Of a stretch of DNA of 35,485 nucleotides, positions 34,699 to 35,485 are shown one piece after another. Each line of letters opens with the position of its first letter. Within the stretch, counting starts at the first letter, position 1. Both the position numbers and the translations under genes were made by a program. This DNA is from a virus (taxonomy: Duplodnaviria; Caudoviricetes), in the IMG/VR virus record IMGVR_UViG_3300033407_000075, positions 1 through 35,485 of that record; one strand, 5' to 3'. The notes below the pieces were generated by a model. That model made no database searches, was not told where the DNA came from, and saw nothing but the letters and a program-made list of their open reading frames with translations.

Positions 34699-35485
34699 GT
34701 GGACGCCCCTGGGGCGCGTCGACCTTGACGATCAACCTCGAAGAGAACCTCGACGCTGGCTGCCTTGACCTTGTCGGGAATGCCGTAGTCCTGGGCGATC
34801 ACCACCGTGTCGGCCGGATGGGCCGCGACCGCGACCCACCGTGATGCCTCGGGGGCGTACGCCAGCGTGTGGACGGGCGAGGGAGACAGATGCAGTCCAT
34901 CGCCGCAGTACGGGTGATTGCGCCAACGCGGCGCCACCACAGTCTCGCCAGGCGGGTAGACGCACTCGGTCCCATCGGGATGGCGCCGCTCGGACCGGAA
35001 CCCGTCACCCACACCCTTGAAGAGAATCAGGCGTCCCTGCTCGTCCGTCTCGACGCCGTGGTAATCACACCAGTCGTCGAGCCGGTCACAAGCCGGGATA
35101 TCGATTACCGTGGCGATCGTTCCCTCACGCACAACCACCCGGTCGCCGTGCCGTTGGATCGCGACATACTTCGACGCCTCGACGGAGGCCGAGTCCCACG
35201 CCTCGACGGAGGCCGAGCCCCGCGCCACGACGGAGGCCGAGCCCCGCGCCACGACGGAGGCCGAGCCCCGCGCCACGACGGAGGCCGAGTCCCACGCCAC
35301 GACGGAGGCCGAGCCCCACGCCTCGACGGAGGCCGAGTCCCACGCCACGACGGAGGCCGAGCCCCGCGCCACGACGGAGGCCGAGTCCCACGCCTCGACG
35401 GAGGCCGAGCCCCACGCCTCGACGGAGGCCGAGCCCCGCGCCACGACGGAGGCCGAGCCCCGCGCCACGACGGAGGCCGAGCCCC
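34695..35485 (-). CDS. Octapeptide-repeat (beta-solenoid) protein, 5'-truncated by the window edge
   Basis: At least 12 repeats of A[R/W][G/D]SASV[V/E], then a globular domain (LFKGV...CGDGLHLS...DKVKA). Confidence 0.75.
   Translation of the reverse strand, partial: GSASVVARGSASVVARGSASVEAWGSASVEAWDSASVVARGSASVVAWDSASVEAWGSASVVAWDSASVVARGSASVVARGSASVVARGSASVEAWDSASVEASKYVAIQRHGDRVVVREGTIATVIDIPACDRLDDWCDYHGVETDEQGRLILFKGVGDGFRSERRHPDGTECVYPPGETVVAPRWRNHPYCGDGLHLSPSPVHTLAYAPEASRWVAVAAHPADTVVIAQDYGIPDKVKAASVEVLFEVDRQGRRAPGAST
35175..35485 (-). repeat. 24-bp coding tandem repeat, at least 12 units
   Basis: Minus-strand unit GCG[C/T]GGG[G/A]CTCGGCCTCCGTCG[T/A]G, running off the window edge. Confidence 0.95.

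Larger units (their letters stand above)
1..35485. mobile_element. Segment of a temperate tailed bacteriophage genome (podovirus-like, probably actinobacterial host)
   Basis: Portal, scaffold, capsid, tail, lysis, integrase and tRNA genes in two convergent, tightly coupled arms. No host housekeeping genes and no tape-measure or tail-tube gene recognised. Confidence 0.93.

Noticed and set aside
35175-35485. CRISPR array, given the nearby Cas4-like gene
   Set aside because: Repeats are head-to-tail with no unique spacers and keep a reading frame. No cas1/cas2 is present, and solo Cas4-like exonucleases are common in phages.

Overview
The whole window is a GC-rich tailed-phage genome segment, most likely a temperate, podovirus-like actinobacterial phage. 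Host and morphology are inferred, and all family calls come from motif recognition by eye, not searches. The + strand (1-26000) carries a portal, five probable internal-virion/ejection proteins (one a lytic transglycosylase), scaffold, an SU10-type major capsid protein, two fibre proteins with a duplicated N-terminus, adaptor/nozzle-like tail proteins, a lysis cassette and a metallophosphoesterase interrupted by a class 3 LAGLIDADG intein. The - strand (25900-35485) carries early genes: a Holliday junction resolvase-like nuclease, a secreted CWB2-like protein, a Gp3-like protein, RNA ligase, a candidate attP, tyrosine integrase, C5 DNA methyltransferase, a Cas4-like exonuclease and an octapeptide-repeat protein. 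The most unusual content is non-coding RNA. A bidirectional promoter at about 11.6 kb drives leftward an antisense cluster of three tRNAs with 1-nt spacers (an 8/4-fold tRNA-Ser, tRNA-Asn and an atypical initiator-like tRNA-Met). Rightward it drives a roughly 277-nt structured leader that buries the scaffold ribosome-binding site. At about 17.3 kb, a near-consensus antisense promoter drives a roughly 57-nt rod-like hairpin RNA, part of which is complementary to the integrase ribosome-binding site.
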